Assembly (NCBI GenBank): GCA_027331445.1
Contig: DAHWUD010000004.1
Span: forward strand, 1 to 55,468
Direction: 5' to 3'
DNA: 55,468 nucleotides
DNA from: Candidatus Amesbacteria bacterium
GTDB taxonomy: Bacteria > Patescibacteriota > Microgenomatia > CAZETR01 > Amesbacteraceae
A program made the position numbers and the translations under genes. The notes beneath the pieces were generated by a model, which had not been told where the DNA came from, did no database searches, and worked only from the letters and a program-made list of their open reading frames with translations. This document shows positions 36,784 to 47,461 of the stretch, one piece after another (position 1 is the stretch's first letter; the number at the start of each line of letters is the position of its first letter).

Positions 36784-39304
36784 TATAATCCTGATTAACT
36801 CCGATGTTCACAAACCGGCTGCCCCAGTCGCCCTGGTCGTTCTTGGCCTTAATATCAATCCGGTGGTTTCCGTCCGGCATGTAAGTCGTCACGTCCCACG
36901 GACCCGAAGTTAAGGTCTGTTTCAGCGTGCCATCTACGTAAAAGTCCACTTCCACGATCTGATGGGTATCCGTCACGTCTACCGAAATATTCACATCGTT
37001 TGAATTTACCCGGGATTTATCAGCCGGACTTTTAACGGTTATCCAGACCGAATTTCCGCTGTTGCAGTAATCAGTCGGCGGATGGTACTTGGGATCCGCC
37101 TGGGCATTTACCCAAGTATCAATCCCTTGCTGCCATTTATTTACTTTATCCGTTGCGATAAACGGATCGTCCTCCTTAAAGTAAAACCCTTCTTTGGTAT
37201 CAAAATTGTTCGCGTTCACATCCCCGGGCGGCGCCAGTTTATCCGGCTGGCCTTTGCATACTTTAATTAATTGATGCACCGGGTCCGGACCCGTCGGCTC
37301 CGTTCCTTTGATAAAAAACTCCGGCCGGCTGGGAAACCCGTCATGCGCCGGATATCCCGACACGTCATCGATATTCATCGTCACAATTCCCGCTGGAGAC
37401 GCGATCGGCTCATCCGGCTTTCCCTTCAGCAAATCGTCCATAATCCGCCGCCAAATCGGCGACGCCCCGGTAATGCCCGAAGCCACCTGCTTCATCGGTG
37501 TATTGTCGTTATTGCCCACCCACACCGTAGTGAGGTACGACGGAGTCCAGCCGACCGTCCAGTTATCCCGTTTATCGTTTGTCGTCCCCGTTTTTACCGA
37601 CACCGTTTTCCCGGGAATATTCAGCAGGCTGTTCAACCCAAAAGTAATACTCCGGGCATTATTATCAGACAAAATCGAAGAAATTATAAACGCTTCCTCC
37701 GGGGAAATTATCTGTTTTTTCGGCCCTGGCTGCCATTGTTCCAACACCCGACCGGTACTGTCGGTAACTTTGAGAATAACCACCGGACTCACTTTATACC
37801 CGCCGTTGGCAAAGGCGCTGTAAGCCGATGCCATATCCAGCATTCTGATTTCTCCGCCCCCCAGTGTCACAGCCAACCCTACCCGGTTTAAAAAGTCCTG
37901 GGTCGGCTGCAGCGTCGTAAATCCCATGTCATAACCCATTTGCAGCATATTTTTAATCCCCACCCGAGCGAGCATCTTTACCGCCGGGATATTCAGTGAA
38001 TTTGCCAGTGCATACCGCATCAACACCGGCCCGTGGTTTTTCCCGTCATAATCCACCGGGACATAATCCGGCTGATCTCCGTTGGGAAAACTGGTCGTCG
38101 TATCCATCAGAAGCGTCGCCGCCGTATATCCCTGCCGCAGAGCCGTCACATATGTTACGGGCTTAATCGTCGATCCCGGCTGCCTAAGAGCCGTCACCAC
38201 GTTATACTTTCCGTCGTAAGTCGGGTCATCCCATCCCCGGCTGCCCACCATCGCCAAAATCTGCCCCGTCTGGGGGTCCACCACTTCTGCCGCTCCGTTG
38301 TTGATATTCAGGTACTTCACTTTATTCACTTCTTCCGTCACTATCTGCTGGGCCGCCTGCTGGACATTCAAATCCAGCGTCGTCGTCACCGACAGCCCTC
38401 CGGTTTCCACCGCCGCTTCGCCGTATTTTTGCACCAGCAGATCCTTCACATAAAACACAAAGTGCGGCGCTAACAGCGTCCCCGATTGGGACGCGATCGG
38501 CACATTCGGCAATTGGCTTTTGGCATCAGTCTCCTGGGCCGGTGTGATATATCCGTCTTCCCGCATCCGCCGCAGCACGTCCTCCGCCCGGGGAATATAT
38601 GTCTTGCTCACAAACGGCGAATAATATGAAGGCGATTGGGGCAGCCCGGCCAGAATCGCAGCTTCCGGCAGTGTCACCTGAGACACGGGTTTGCCGAAAT
38701 ACATTTCTGACGCCGCCTCCACTCCCCAGGCCGTCCCGCCGTAAGGTGCTTCATTAAGATACATTTGCAAAATCTGGTCCTTGGAATATTTTTTCTCCAC
38801 CTCGAGTGTCAGGACAAACTCCTTCACCTTCCTCTGAATCGTCCTTTCGTTTGTCAGAATCGTGTTTTTCACCAGTTGCTGGGTCAATCCCGACCCGCCT
38901 GTCAGTACATGCTTGGTTATCAGGTTCCAAACAATCCGCAAGGGCGTTAAAGGATCAAACCCCGGGTTATTATAAAAATTCTTATCTTCAATTGAGATAG
39001 TCGCCTGCCGCAGTGTAATCGGGACCTGCGACAAATCCACCGGGGTCCGCCTTTGATTCGCGTACACATCGTATAAAAGCTTGCCGTTCCTGTCAAAGAT
39101 CTTGGTCGCAAACCCTTCATGCCTGACCACCTTGTCCGGGGAGGGGAGTTCATTTGCATAATAGGCGAACAAACCGGTCATCCCCAAAATTCCCACGATC
39201 AAAAGCACAAATACCGCCGTGGCCAGCCGAACCAGCCACCTCGTCCGGGCCAGCTTCCTTCGCTGAGACCAGCCTATGCGGGAGTTGTTAAATGCTGTAT
39301 ATAT
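36773..39304 (-). CDS. Class A penicillin-binding protein with C-terminal Ig-like domain
   Basis: EDKNF, GGSGLTQQLVKN, YLNE; STIK, SLN, KTGT; frame open up to ATA 39304 behind a GGAGG. Confidence 0.92.
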   Translation of the reverse strand: MYTAFNNSRIGWSQRRKLARTRWLVRLATAVFVLLIVGILGMTGLFAYYANELPSPDKVVRHEGFATKIFDRNGKLLYDVYANQRRTPVDLSQVPITLRQATISIEDKNFYNNPGFDPLTPLRIVWNLITKHVLTGGSGLTQQLVKNTILTNERTIQRKVKEFVLTLEVEKKYSKDQILQMYLNEAPYGGTAWGVEAASEMYFGKPVSQVTLPEAAILAGLPQSPSYYSPFVSKTYIPRAEDVLRRMREDGYITPAQETDAKSQLPNVPIASQSGTLLAPHFVFYVKDLLVQKYGEAAVETGGLSVTTTLDLNVQQAAQQIVTEEVNKVKYLNINNGAAEVVDPQTGQILAMVGSRGWDDPTYDGKYNVVTALRQPGSTIKPVTYVTALRQGYTAATLLMDTTTSFPNGDQPDYVPVDYDGKNHGPVLMRYALANSLNIPAVKMLARVGIKNMLQMGYDMGFTTLQPTQDFLNRVGLAVTLGGGEIRMLDMASAYSAFANGGYKVSPVVILKVTDSTGRVLEQWQPGPKKQIISPEEAFIISSILSDNNARSITFGLNSLLNIPGKTVSVKTGTTNDKRDNWTVGWTPSYLTTVWVGNNDNTPMKQVASGITGASPIWRRIMDDLLKGKPDEPIASPAGIVTMNIDDVSGYPAHDGFPSRPEFFIKGTEPTGPDPVHQLIKVCKGQPDKLAPPGDVNANNFDTKEGFYFKEDDPFIATDKVNKWQQGIDTWVNAQADPKYHPPTDYCNSGNSVWITVKSPADKSRVNSNDVNISVDVTDTHQIVEVDFYVDGTLKQTLTSGPWDVTTYMPDGNHRIDIKAKNDQGDWGSRFVNIGVNQDYNGG

Positions 39305-39340
39305 AAGAGTGCCTCCGGTTAAGCTATAATAACCGTTAAT

Positions 39341-39442
39341 ATGCTAACTCGCAAACAGCGCCGTGTCTGGTCCATAATCGTCGTCGTCAGCAGCCTGGCC
39401 CTCATTTTGGGTACTATCCTCCCTTATCTGGTTTTCAGATGA
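39341..39442 (+). CDS. 33-aa single-TM peptide translationally coupled to recG
   Basis: [33 protein letters not shown]; TATAAT upstream; ATGA overlap with recG. Confidence 0.65.
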   Translation: MLTRKQRRVWSIIVVVSSLALILGTILPYLVFR

Positions 39443-41433
39443 ACCTCGCCTCTCCCATCACCTCCGTTCCGGGCATTGGTCCCGCCTTTGCCAAAAAACT
39501 TGCCCGTCTGCAGGTTTTTACTGTTTTTGACCTGATTTACCATTTGCCTTTCCGCTACGAAGATCGCTCCCGCATTTACCGCGCCGCCTCAGTTCAACCC
39601 GGAGAAACCGTAACCCTGGTCGGCACACTGGATAAAGTCACCAACACCTTCACCCGCCGCGGCAAAAATCTCCAGACCGCCAACTTTACCGACGCTTCCG
39701 GCTCTCTCCCGGTAATTTGGTTCAATCAGTCTTTCCTGAGCCGGACCTTGACTCCGGGTTCACGGGTAGCTTTATACGGCAAAATCGATTTTTTTAGCCG
39801 CCGACCCGCCCTTATCTCCCCCGAATACGAGCTTATGACCGGCCAGCCGTTTATACATATGGGGCGCCTGGTTCCGATTTACCCTGAAACTTTAGGCCTA
39901 TCTTCCAAATGGCTGCGCACCAAGATTTTCTCCCTCCTGCACCAGCTCGACCTGACCGACTATTTCCCCCCTCCTCCCGAATTTTTATCCCTGCAGTCTG
40001 CCCTGACCCGTATCCATTTTCCAGATCAACTGGATCAGGTTGCCCCTGCCCGTCACCGCCTGGCTTTTGACGAACTTTTCCTTCTGCATCTCACTGCGCT
40101 TTTGCGCCGTGCCGCCTGGCTGAAGACCAAACTGACCCACCCCTTTGCCGTCGACAACACAGCTGTTGCCGGGTTTATTTCTTCTCTGCCCTTCGCCCTC
40201 ACTCTCTCCCAAAAGCAGGCCATCACTGAAATCCTATCCGACCTGAGCCTTCCTCATCCCGCCAACCGTCTTCTGGAAGGGGACGTTGGTTCCGGTAAGA
40301 CCGTAGTCGCCGCTGTCGCCGCCTATGTTTCTTACCTTAACGGCTTCCAAACCTTATTCCTGGCCCCCACCCAAATTCTGGCCGTCCAGCACCGTGAGAC
40401 CTTATCCTCCATGTTCACCCCTTTTGGCATCGACGTCGGCCTCATCACTTCCCAGTCCAAAGCCAAAACTGTCCAGTCAAAGTTTAAAATAGTTGTCGGA
40501 ACTCACGCCCTGTTATCCAAAAAGATAGAATTTGACCGTGTCGGCCTGGTCGTGATAGACGAGCAACACCGCTTCGGCGTCGCCCAGCGCGCCTTGGCCA
40601 CCCAGACCGGCCGCTCTCCGCACATCCTGACCATGACCGCCACTCCTATTCCCAGGACCATCGCTCTGACTCTCTACGGCGATTTGGACTTGTCCTGGCT
40701 CGAATTCTCGCCGGCCGGCCGGCTGCCTGTTAAAACCTGGGTCGTCCCGGAAGCCAAACGCCAGGCCGCCTACCGGTGGCTCGCCGGACAGATCTCAGAC
40801 CTCCCTGCCGGCAGACAGGCTTTCATCGTCTGCCCCTTTATCGATGACAGCGAAACTCTTTCCTCCGTGAGGTCCGCCACCTCCGAATTTCAAAGGCTGC
40901 AGGACATTTTTCCCCAATTTCGGCTCGGTCTTTTGCACGGCCGGCTCAAATCCGCAGAGAAAACCGCCGTCATCGACGCATTCCGCGCCGGCCAAACCCA
41001 AATCCTGGTTTCCACCCCGGTCGTCGAGGTCGGCATCGACGTTCCCAACGCCGCCGTCATCGTCATCGAAGCCGCCGATCGCTTCGGCCTGGCCCAGTTG
41101 CACCAATTGCGCGGCCGGGTCGGCCGCAGTTCTCACCAATCATACTGTCTGCTTTTTTCCGAGACCCCGGATACCGCCCGCCTCAAAGCCCTGGAAACCC
41201 ATCACTCCGGCCGACAACTGGCCGAGATAGACCTTAGGCTCCGCGGTCCCGGCCAGATCTATGGCACCGCCCAACACGGCTCATCCCAATTTAAAGTCGC
41301 CGCCTTCTCCGATCTGGACATTATTGCTACCGCCAAAACCAACGCTCAGCACCTGCTGCCCCGGCTTTCGGACTATCCCGTCTTGCTAAGCCTCATAAAA
41401 GACGATAAAATCAACATCGTTCAGCCAAATTAA
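39439..41433 (+). CDS. recG: ATP-dependent DNA helicase RecG
   Basis: [33 protein letters not shown]. Confidence 0.97.
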   Translation: MNLASPITSVPGIGPAFAKKLARLQVFTVFDLIYHLPFRYEDRSRIYRAASVQPGETVTLVGTLDKVTNTFTRRGKNLQTANFTDASGSLPVIWFNQSFLSRTLTPGSRVALYGKIDFFSRRPALISPEYELMTGQPFIHMGRLVPIYPETLGLSSKWLRTKIFSLLHQLDLTDYFPPPPEFLSLQSALTRIHFPDQLDQVAPARHRLAFDELFLLHLTALLRRAAWLKTKLTHPFAVDNTAVAGFISSLPFALTLSQKQAITEILSDLSLPHPANRLLEGDVGSGKTVVAAVAAYVSYLNGFQTLFLAPTQILAVQHRETLSSMFTPFGIDVGLITSQSKAKTVQSKFKIVVGTHALLSKKIEFDRVGLVVIDEQHRFGVAQRALATQTGRSPHILTMTATPIPRTIALTLYGDLDLSWLEFSPAGRLPVKTWVVPEAKRQAAYRWLAGQISDLPAGRQAFIVCPFIDDSETLSSVRSATSEFQRLQDIFPQFRLGLLHGRLKSAEKTAVIDAFRAGQTQILVSTPVVEVGIDVPNAAVIVIEAADRFGLAQLHQLRGRVGRSSHQSYCLLFSETPDTARLKALETHHSGRQLAEIDLRLRGPGQIYGTAQHGSSQFKVAAFSDLDIIATAKTNAQHLLPRLSDYPVLLSLIKDDKINIVQPN

Positions 41434-41434
41434 C

Positions 41435-41608
41435 ATGACACCCCTACCCAAAAAACGCCATAGTACCAGACGCCAGGGAATCCGCCGGGCCACTCACAAG
41501 TTGACCCTGCCGCACCTCATCTCCTGTCCCAACTGCCACCAGCCCACCCTGGCTCACCGGGCCTGCACCCATTGCGGCTTCTATAAAGGCCGCCGCGTCA
41601 CCAAATAG
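41435..41608 (+). CDS. rpmF: 50S ribosomal protein L32 (absent from the ORF track)
   Basis: [19 protein letters not shown]...CPNC....[13 protein letters not shown]. Confidence 0.93.
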   Translation: MTPLPKKRHSTRRQGIRRATHKLTLPHLISCPNCHQPTLAHRACTHCGFYKGRRVTK

Positions 41609-41614
41609 CTCCCC

Positions 41615-41968
41615 ATGAAAACCGCTTCAGATCCCCGCCACCGGCATCGGGCCCAAATCATCCAGCACCTCTTTTCAGCTTCATTTCAAAAACACTCTGA
41701 CCCTTTAATCAGTCAAATTTGGGCCAATCTGCCCCAAATTGACCCCCAAATTGCCGCCGCCGCCCCGGAATGGCCGCTGGACAAGCTCAATCCTATCGAT
41801 CTGGCCATTCTGCGCCTGGCTGTTTATGAACTTCTCATTGACAATAAAGCCCCCTACAAGGTTATCATTGATGAAGCCGTCGAACTGGCCAAAGAGTTTG
41901 GCAGTACGGGCTCGCCGGCTTTTATAAACGGTGCCTTGGGCAATATCGTAAAAAAACATGAACCCTAA
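41615..41968 (+). CDS. nusB: Transcription antitermination factor NusB
   Basis: IDLAILRLAVYE, VIIDEAVELAKEFG, FINGALG. Confidence 0.93.
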   Translation: MKTASDPRHRHRAQIIQHLFSASFQKHSDPLISQIWANLPQIDPQIAAAAPEWPLDKLNPIDLAILRLAVYELLIDNKAPYKVIIDEAVELAKEFGSTGSPAFINGALGNIVKKHEP

Positions 41969-42227
41969 CTTGCAAACCGCCATCCTGGAATTTTTGGCCA
42001 ACGAGTTCCATCTCGACGTGGCCAAGATTTCCCCCGACCTCAATCTGGAAACCGACTTACATCTGACTCCGGATCAGATTAACGACCTGTTCCAGCGGAT
42101 GCAGGACGCCCTCAACTTTTCTCTCCCGGACGAAAAGATCCCTTCCCTCGTTACCGTTGCCGACTTATTTTCCGCCCTCTCATCTTCGGGAGAAGAACCT
42201 GCCGCCGATTATGACGAAACCGATTGA
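41958..42227 (+). CDS. Acyl-carrier-protein-like protein without the conserved Ser
   Basis: I...LA.EF......I.PD..L..DL...L.....F...PDE....TVADL; expected DS motif reads TP. Confidence 0.7.
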   Translation: MNPNLQTAILEFLANEFHLDVAKISPDLNLETDLHLTPDQINDLFQRMQDALNFSLPDEKIPSLVTVADLFSALSSSGEEPAADYDETD

Positions 42228-42873
42228 CGATTACTTTTCCCGCCCCGACCTGCTGCGGGAAGCCCTCACTCATCGTTCCTACTGCAACGAACACCCTCAG
42301 CTGTCCTCAAATGAGCGCCTCGAATTTTTAGGAGATTCGGTTCTTTCTCTTATCATCTCTGACCGTTTGTTCCGCCTGTTCCCGAGCCTGCCCGAAGGTG
42401 AACTCACCAGCCGCCGTTCTGCCCATGTCCAAACCGCTTCCCTAGCCGCCAAGTCGCTTCTTTTGAGTTTAAACGAACGCCTGCTTTTAAGCCACGGCGA
42501 AGAGGAATCCGGCGGTCGCGCCAACCCCAGTTTGTTGGCCAACACTTTCGAAGCAGTGCTTGGCGCTCTGTTTTTAGATTCCGGACTCCCTGCCTGCTAT
42601 GACTTTTTGGCCGTGGTCTTTACCGACGGGGAACTGACCAGCCAAACGGAAACCAAGGATCCCAAAAGCCTGCTCCAGGAAAAAGCCCAGGCCCTGGGAC
42701 TGGGCACTCCGGTATACACCACCACCTCCGTTTCCGGCCCCGACCACGCCCGGGTCTTTACCGTCTCCGTTTCCGTTCACCGTCATGGTCAGGCCACCGG
42801 CTCCGGCACCAGCAAACAGCGGGCGGAAACTGAAGCCGCTCGGGCTGCCCTGGCCAAAATCTTCCCCGAATGA
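42211..42873 (+). CDS. rnc: Ribonuclease III
   Basis: ALTHRS, NERLEFLGDSVL, DPKSLLQE, dsRBD; start ATG 42211. Confidence 0.96.
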   Translation: MTKPIDDYFSRPDLLREALTHRSYCNEHPQLSSNERLEFLGDSVLSLIISDRLFRLFPSLPEGELTSRRSAHVQTASLAAKSLLLSLNERLLLSHGEEESGGRANPSLLANTFEAVLGALFLDSGLPACYDFLAVVFTDGELTSQTETKDPKSLLQEKAQALGLGTPVYTTTSVSGPDHARVFTVSVSVHRHGQATGSGTSKQRAETEAARAALAKIFPE

Positions 42874-42927
42874 TAAAATGACTCGCAAGCCACCCTGAGC
42901 GTACACTAAGGGTCTAAAAATTAATAT

Positions 42928-43152
42928 ATGCTCAAAATCAAACTTTCACCTATCGGCAAAAAACACGACCGCAAGTTTCGCATCGTCGTCATGGAGGAAC
43001 GGTCAAAAATTACCGGCGCTCCCGCCGCCCAACTGGGTTTTTATGATCCCAAGTCTGCCGCCGTTACCGCCGACAAATCTGCCGTTACCGCCTGGCTGAA
43101 AAAGGGCGCCCAGCCCACCCCCAAAGTCAGGGAATTACTCAAACTGGACTAA
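42928..43152 (+). CDS. rpsP: 30S ribosomal protein S16
   Basis: MLKIKL..IGKK....RIVV, LGFYDP, WLKKGAQPT. Confidence 0.95.
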   Translation: MLKIKLSPIGKKHDRKFRIVVMEERSKITGAPAAQLGFYDPKSAAVTADKSAVTAWLKKGAQPTPKVRELLKLD

Positions 43153-43157
43153 ACCGC

Positions 43158-43403
43158 ATGGAAGACCTTGCTGAATTACTCAAATTCCTGGTTACCCCGC
43201 TTTTGAGTGTTCCCGACGAGCTGGTTATCACTCAAACCGGAAACGTACTTTTTCTCCAGGTTTCCGACACCGACATCGGCCGCATCATCGGCAAAAAGGG
43301 CAACGTCATTAATGCCCTCCGCACCCTGCTCCGCACCTACAGCACTGTCCACCATCTCTCCTTTGCCAACCTTCAGCTCCAAACCCCGCCTAAAAAGGAT
43401 TGA
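43158..43403 (+). CDS. khpA: KH-domain RNA-binding protein
   Basis: DIGRIIGKKG.VI.ALRTLL; follows rpsP. Confidence 0.85.
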   Translation: MEDLAELLKFLVTPLLSVPDELVITQTGNVLFLQVSDTDIGRIIGKKGNVINALRTLLRTYSTVHHLSFANLQLQTPPKKD

Positions 43404-44079
43404 CCGCGCTGCCGCTTCCGGTCATTGGATTTTCAGACGACAACACCTCAAAGTCCTGCAACCGGGCCTTCAGGCTTTCCAGCTTGGCCTGGTAAGCGGG
43501 TAGGGGAGACTCCGCCTGAACGTCTATCTTTCCCCAGCCCGCAAACGCTCCGGTCACCGTCACTTTAGCCTTCCCTTTGGCATAATCTACACTGTTTATA
43601 TCCAATAACGGCAGCGACTTTTCCAGCGTCGTCAGCAAAGTCCGCAGCTGGTCAAAATTGTCTACCCCAAATTCCACATCCAGCAACGGCGGCAGATCCT
43701 TTGCCGAAGCACTGGCCTCATCCACATTTCCCACCGTTCCGTTATAAGAGGTGACTTCGGCCGAGGCCGCCGAGGCCGCATTATTCAGCTCCCCCAGCAT
43801 TACCCAAACTTGTTTACCCGCCGGCATCACCGTCAGAGACCAGGCTAAATCACTATTCACCGCCGTGGCATCTACCGCCTGCAAAGCCGTCAGCTTTTTC
43901 TGCAGCACGGCCAGTTTCTGTTCCGCCACCGCCGCCTGGTCCTGCTTTTGCCAGATAGAGCTGAGTTTACTCGCTCCGCCCGCCTGCAGCTGGCTCGCGC
44001 TGATAAAAATAAGTGCCGCCACCGCCGCCGGATAAATCACCCACACAAAACTCTTAAGTTGTCTTAGAGGGCCCATCAT
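43390..44079 (-). CDS. PilO-like alignment protein
   Basis: TM plus coiled coil plus ferredoxin-like tail (LEKSLPLLDI); follows pilM/pilN. Confidence 0.65.
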   Translation of the reverse strand: MMGPLRQLKSFVWVIYPAAVAALIFISASQLQAGGASKLSSIWQKQDQAAVAEQKLAVLQKKLTALQAVDATAVNSDLAWSLTVMPAGKQVWVMLGELNNAASAASAEVTSYNGTVGNVDEASASAKDLPPLLDVEFGVDNFDQLRTLLTTLEKSLPLLDINSVDYAKGKAKVTVTGAFAGWGKIDVQAESPLPAYQAKLESLKARLQDFEVLSSENPMTGSGSAVNPF

Positions 44080-44588
44080 GGCTTTACTCCCTTCACCGCG
44101 ATCGTCCCTATCCAATTATCCAAAGGCGTCCAGGCCATACTGTCCACCTGCACATTGCTGAATTTACCGACCAAAAAATCCGTGAACGTCTTAATGTCCG
44201 TGAGGTTCTGGCTCTGTGCCTGGATCGTCACCCGGCCTGAACTGTCATACGCCCAGCCGATAATCCCTGCCGGGGAGGCATCCATATTGTTCAGATCCGC
44301 CGTCAGGTTGCTGCGCGACTGCAAAAAAGTGGCGATCCCGTCCAGTCTGTCCGACAATTTCCGCGCCAGCACCTCCGAGGCCGCCAGTTGATTCACCTGG
44401 GCGGTCACCTGGTCCAAAGAACTGCTGGCCCGGCTCTGCCTAGCCGACCAATATACTCCCCAGCCGATAAACCCGGCTACTCCAACGATATAAGCCACCA
44501 ACACTCCCGTCGTCACTGCTACCCCCATCCGTCTGATGTGTGCCAACTTCGGATTTTCCCGGGCCGCCGGACCGACAAAATTAATCAT
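44076..44588 (-). CDS. PilN-like protein
   Basis: N-terminal INF motif, TM, coiled coil; downstream of pilM. Confidence 0.7.
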   Translation of the reverse strand: MINFVGPAARENPKLAHIRRMGVAVTTGVLVAYIVGVAGFIGWGVYWSARQSRASSSLDQVTAQVNQLAASEVLARKLSDRLDGIATFLQSRSNLTADLNNMDASPAGIIGWAYDSSGRVTIQAQSQNLTDIKTFTDFLVGKFSNVQVDSMAWTPLDNWIGTIAVKGVKP

Positions 44589-45607
44589 AGCCCTCTCATT
44601 GCCAGGCCGACGGCCACTACATAAAATGGCCCGGCTCCCGCTAATGCCTTTTGTTGCCCCGCGTCCATCACCAATTTCCCGAACGGATTAGCGATCGCCA
44701 CTTCCACTCCCACCAGCCCGGACATGGCTCCCACAATATCCGGCAAAGCCGCCACCCCGCCTGACAGGGTCACTATTTTTACTTCTTCCCCCGGGTGTTT
44801 TGATGTATAAAACTCGGCCGTTTTCTTTATCTCGTTGGCAATCACCACTAATACCGGCCGCATCGCCTCCGCCAGTTTCCCTTCCAGCTGGTTGGCGACA
44901 AATCCGTACGTCCGCTTATACTGCTCCGCCTGGGACGCATCCAAACCGAGTGTTGAAGTGATTGCCCGATTAAAGGCTTCTCCGGCCGTGGGAACTGTCC
45001 GCGAAAACACCAGCAGGCCGTTTTTTATAATCCCCAGGTCGGTCCCCTTGGCCCCGATATCCACAATCATCGATAAAGGGTAGGCGCCCGAAATCACCGC
45101 CCGGCTGGTCGCCATCAGCTCCGTCTCCAAAGCCACCACTTCCAACCCCGCCTGCTCCAAAATCTGTGTGTAGGCATTTACCAGATTTTTTGCCGCCGCC
45201 ACCAGCAGTACTTCCATCCCCCCTCCCTGGGCATCCTTTTTTATGATCTGATAACTCCACACCGCCTTCTCCGCCGGGATGGGAATATATTGCTCCACCT
45301 GCCACTGCAGGGCCTGACGGACCTCGTCATCACTCATCAAAGGCATCTCCACCACGTGCGACGAAATCTGCTCCTCTGGCAGGGCCGCCACCACTCTCCG
45401 GCTCCTGGCTCCCGACTCTTTAAGGATTTTTGCTACCGACTGGGAAAAGGGCGCCAGATTAGCCAAATTTCCGGTTACCCCGCCCTGGTAAGACGTCATC
45501 GACGCCGCCGACAACAACTTCCACCGGTCTTTTCCCATGGGCGCCAGTTCCACCAATTTTATGGACGCGGATCCGATGTCTATTCCGAGTTTGGGCAGGT
45601 CGCTCAT
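44585..45607 (-). CDS. pilM: Type IV pilus assembly protein PilM
   Basis: GIDIGSASIKLVEL, VDIGA, LSGG, NPF, VAVGLAMR. Confidence 0.93.
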   Translation of the reverse strand: MSDLPKLGIDIGSASIKLVELAPMGKDRWKLLSAASMTSYQGGVTGNLANLAPFSQSVAKILKESGARSRRVVAALPEEQISSHVVEMPLMSDDEVRQALQWQVEQYIPIPAEKAVWSYQIIKKDAQGGGMEVLLVAAAKNLVNAYTQILEQAGLEVVALETELMATSRAVISGAYPLSMIVDIGAKGTDLGIIKNGLLVFSRTVPTAGEAFNRAITSTLGLDASQAEQYKRTYGFVANQLEGKLAEAMRPVLVVIANEIKKTAEFYTSKHPGEEVKIVTLSGGVAALPDIVGAMSGLVGVEVAIANPFGKLVMDAGQQKALAGAGPFYVVAVGLAMRGL

Positions 45608-45613
45608 ATCGCT

Positions 45614-46486
45614 TTACTTTACTACTAAATCGGTTCCGGAAAAAAGAGCCGAATCAAACATAAACGGCGCGTCCGGATTGGAAGCTACCACATGAATCTT
45701 TTGCGTCGATGTCCCGGCTGTTCCCGACGAAATAATATCTTTAGCCTGCACAGGTATAGTTGTTCCCCCCATCCCCGCCACCGACACTGCCACCGGCTGC
45801 CCTCTGCTTGTACCCAATATCCTGATCCGCATCATGACCAGGTTCTCATTGCCCCAATTAAAGACCGTGTCTGAGGCCGGCGAGGGATGCCAGGTCTTGC
45901 GGTAGGAATAGATATACCCGCCGGCAGACCCGGGGCAGGTTTTACTCAGCTCGCTCGCCGCAAAACCCGTATAAAATCCCGGTCCCAGCATCCACCTGCG
46001 AATATTAATGCTTCCGGTTGACGTCTGGGTGTAAATCATAACCTCGGCTACGGCCGCCGGTGATCCGTTGTCTCCCCAACACACCCGCAGTTGATTAGGG
46101 GTAATGGAAGTGGGGGGCGATCCCGGTTCCATCAGGCTGACGGTTGTCACGTCCCCGCTGTCCAGCTTTTCCGGTACTACGTACGCCGTGGTACCCCCCA
46201 GGTTGTTGTTGGTAACGGTTATTTGGGCGTTATTAGCAAGGGTTGCCTTCCCTCCGGATGCTCCGAAAACTCCCACGCCCGCCAGGGACTTTTCTACCCC
46301 GGCCTCAGCCGCCTCCAGCGCCCTGGCCGACTCCTCCTGCGACGTCGACACACTCACTTCGGTTACACTCCGCGAAACAATAGCCAACCCCACCGTCAAC
46401 GACACCCCCAATATTAACAGCACCACCAATAACGCCTGCCCTTTTTGCATTAACTCATTATGAGTATAACCGTTATCCCTTGTCAA
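45614..46486 (-). CDS. PilX-like minor pilin
   Basis: GQALLVVLL, ALEAAEAGVE. Confidence 0.8.
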   Translation of the reverse strand: MTRDNGYTHNELMQKGQALLVVLLILGVSLTVGLAIVSRSVTEVSVSTSQEESARALEAAEAGVEKSLAGVGVFGASGGKATLANNAQITVTNNNLGGTTAYVVPEKLDSGDVTTVSLMEPGSPPTSITPNQLRVCWGDNGSPAAVAEVMIYTQTSTGSINIRRWMLGPGFYTGFAASELSKTCPGSAGGYIYSYRKTWHPSPASDTVFNWGNENLVMMRIRILGTSRGQPVAVSVAGMGGTTIPVQAKDIISSGTAGTSTQKIHVVASNPDAPFMFDSALFSGTDLVVK

Positions 46487-46993
46487 TCAATTTCCGAAGT
46501 TTTCCAGCGTCACCTGAGACTGAAAATTCACCCCGTTAAGCCCGGCGCTGTCCGTCACGTCGATAGAATTCGCCCGATTAATATTAAAACAGATGTTTAC
46601 CGTTTGTGCGCCGGTAGCTGCATTGCAGCTGAATATTGTGGTCCCGCTGCAGGGGACTACCGCCACGTTGGTGGATGTCAGATTTTGCACCAATAACCCG
46701 CTCGTAGACGCAATTTGTTTTCCCGTCAGGCTGTATGTCACCTGATCGCCGTTCAGTCTCGTCACCACCAGACTGTTGGGCACCAGATTACAGCTTATTT
46801 TGGTACCAAAGGAAATCAGATTACTCATCGCCTTCATCGCATAAGCTCCTTCCGACTTGGCCTGGGCGATAGCTCCGGCCTTGCGCGCCCCTTTATAAGT
46901 GCTGTACAGCATCATGCTGGAAAAAGTCATCACCATGGTTAAAATCCCCATGGCTACCAAAATTTCCACCAGGGTAAAACCGTTTTTTTTCAT
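46487..46993 (-). CDS. Minor pilin (PilW-like)
   Basis: GFTLVEIL class III signal peptide. Confidence 0.85.
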   Translation of the reverse strand: MKKNGFTLVEILVAMGILTMVMTFSSMMLYSTYKGARKAGAIAQAKSEGAYAMKAMSNLISFGTKISCNLVPNSLVVTRLNGDQVTYSLTGKQIASTSGLLVQNLTSTNVAVVPCSGTTIFSCNAATGAQTVNICFNINRANSIDVTDSAGLNGVNFQSQVTLENFGN

Positions 46994-47002
46994 ACTGTTT
47001 AA

Positions 47003-47461
47003 TTAATAATTATCCAGAGTTTGGCTCAATTTGGAATACACCAGTCTCGATCCCTCGATCCACGACACCACCACGTCTACCTGCACCTCCTGTGCCGGTA
47101 CCGTCAGCGTTAAGGTCACGTCCCGGTTAAACCCCGGCGGGCTGCCCAATTGGTAACCGACACACGGCCCCGGCGTCGGCCAGTCATTCATCGTTTTATT
47201 CACCAGAGACGTCGGAAAACAATACTGCTGCCCGGATACTGTGGCTTTAGCCGCCACCGCATTCCATCCGCTGATATCCCTCTGGGCTACAATCCACTGC
47301 ATCACCTCCGTGCCGAAAGTCGTGGCTTCCACCTGCCGCTTGGCCGCCGCCGAATTGTTTACCGATTTGGTCGTCACGCTTACCAGCCCCAGTATAGCCA
47401 GCACAGCCACCGAAATGGCAATTACCACTTCCACCAGCATCTGCCCCCGCCGCAGTTTCAT
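47003..47461 (-). CDS. Minor pilin (PilV-like)
   Basis: GQMLVEVV, V.VVVSW. Confidence 0.8.
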   Translation of the reverse strand: MKLRRGQMLVEVVIAISVAVLAILGLVSVTTKSVNNSAAAKRQVEATTFGTEVMQWIVAQRDISGWNAVAAKATVSGQQYCFPTSLVNKTMNDWPTPGPCVGYQLGSPPGFNRDVTLTLTVPAQEVQVDVVVSWIEGSRLVYSKLSQTLDNY

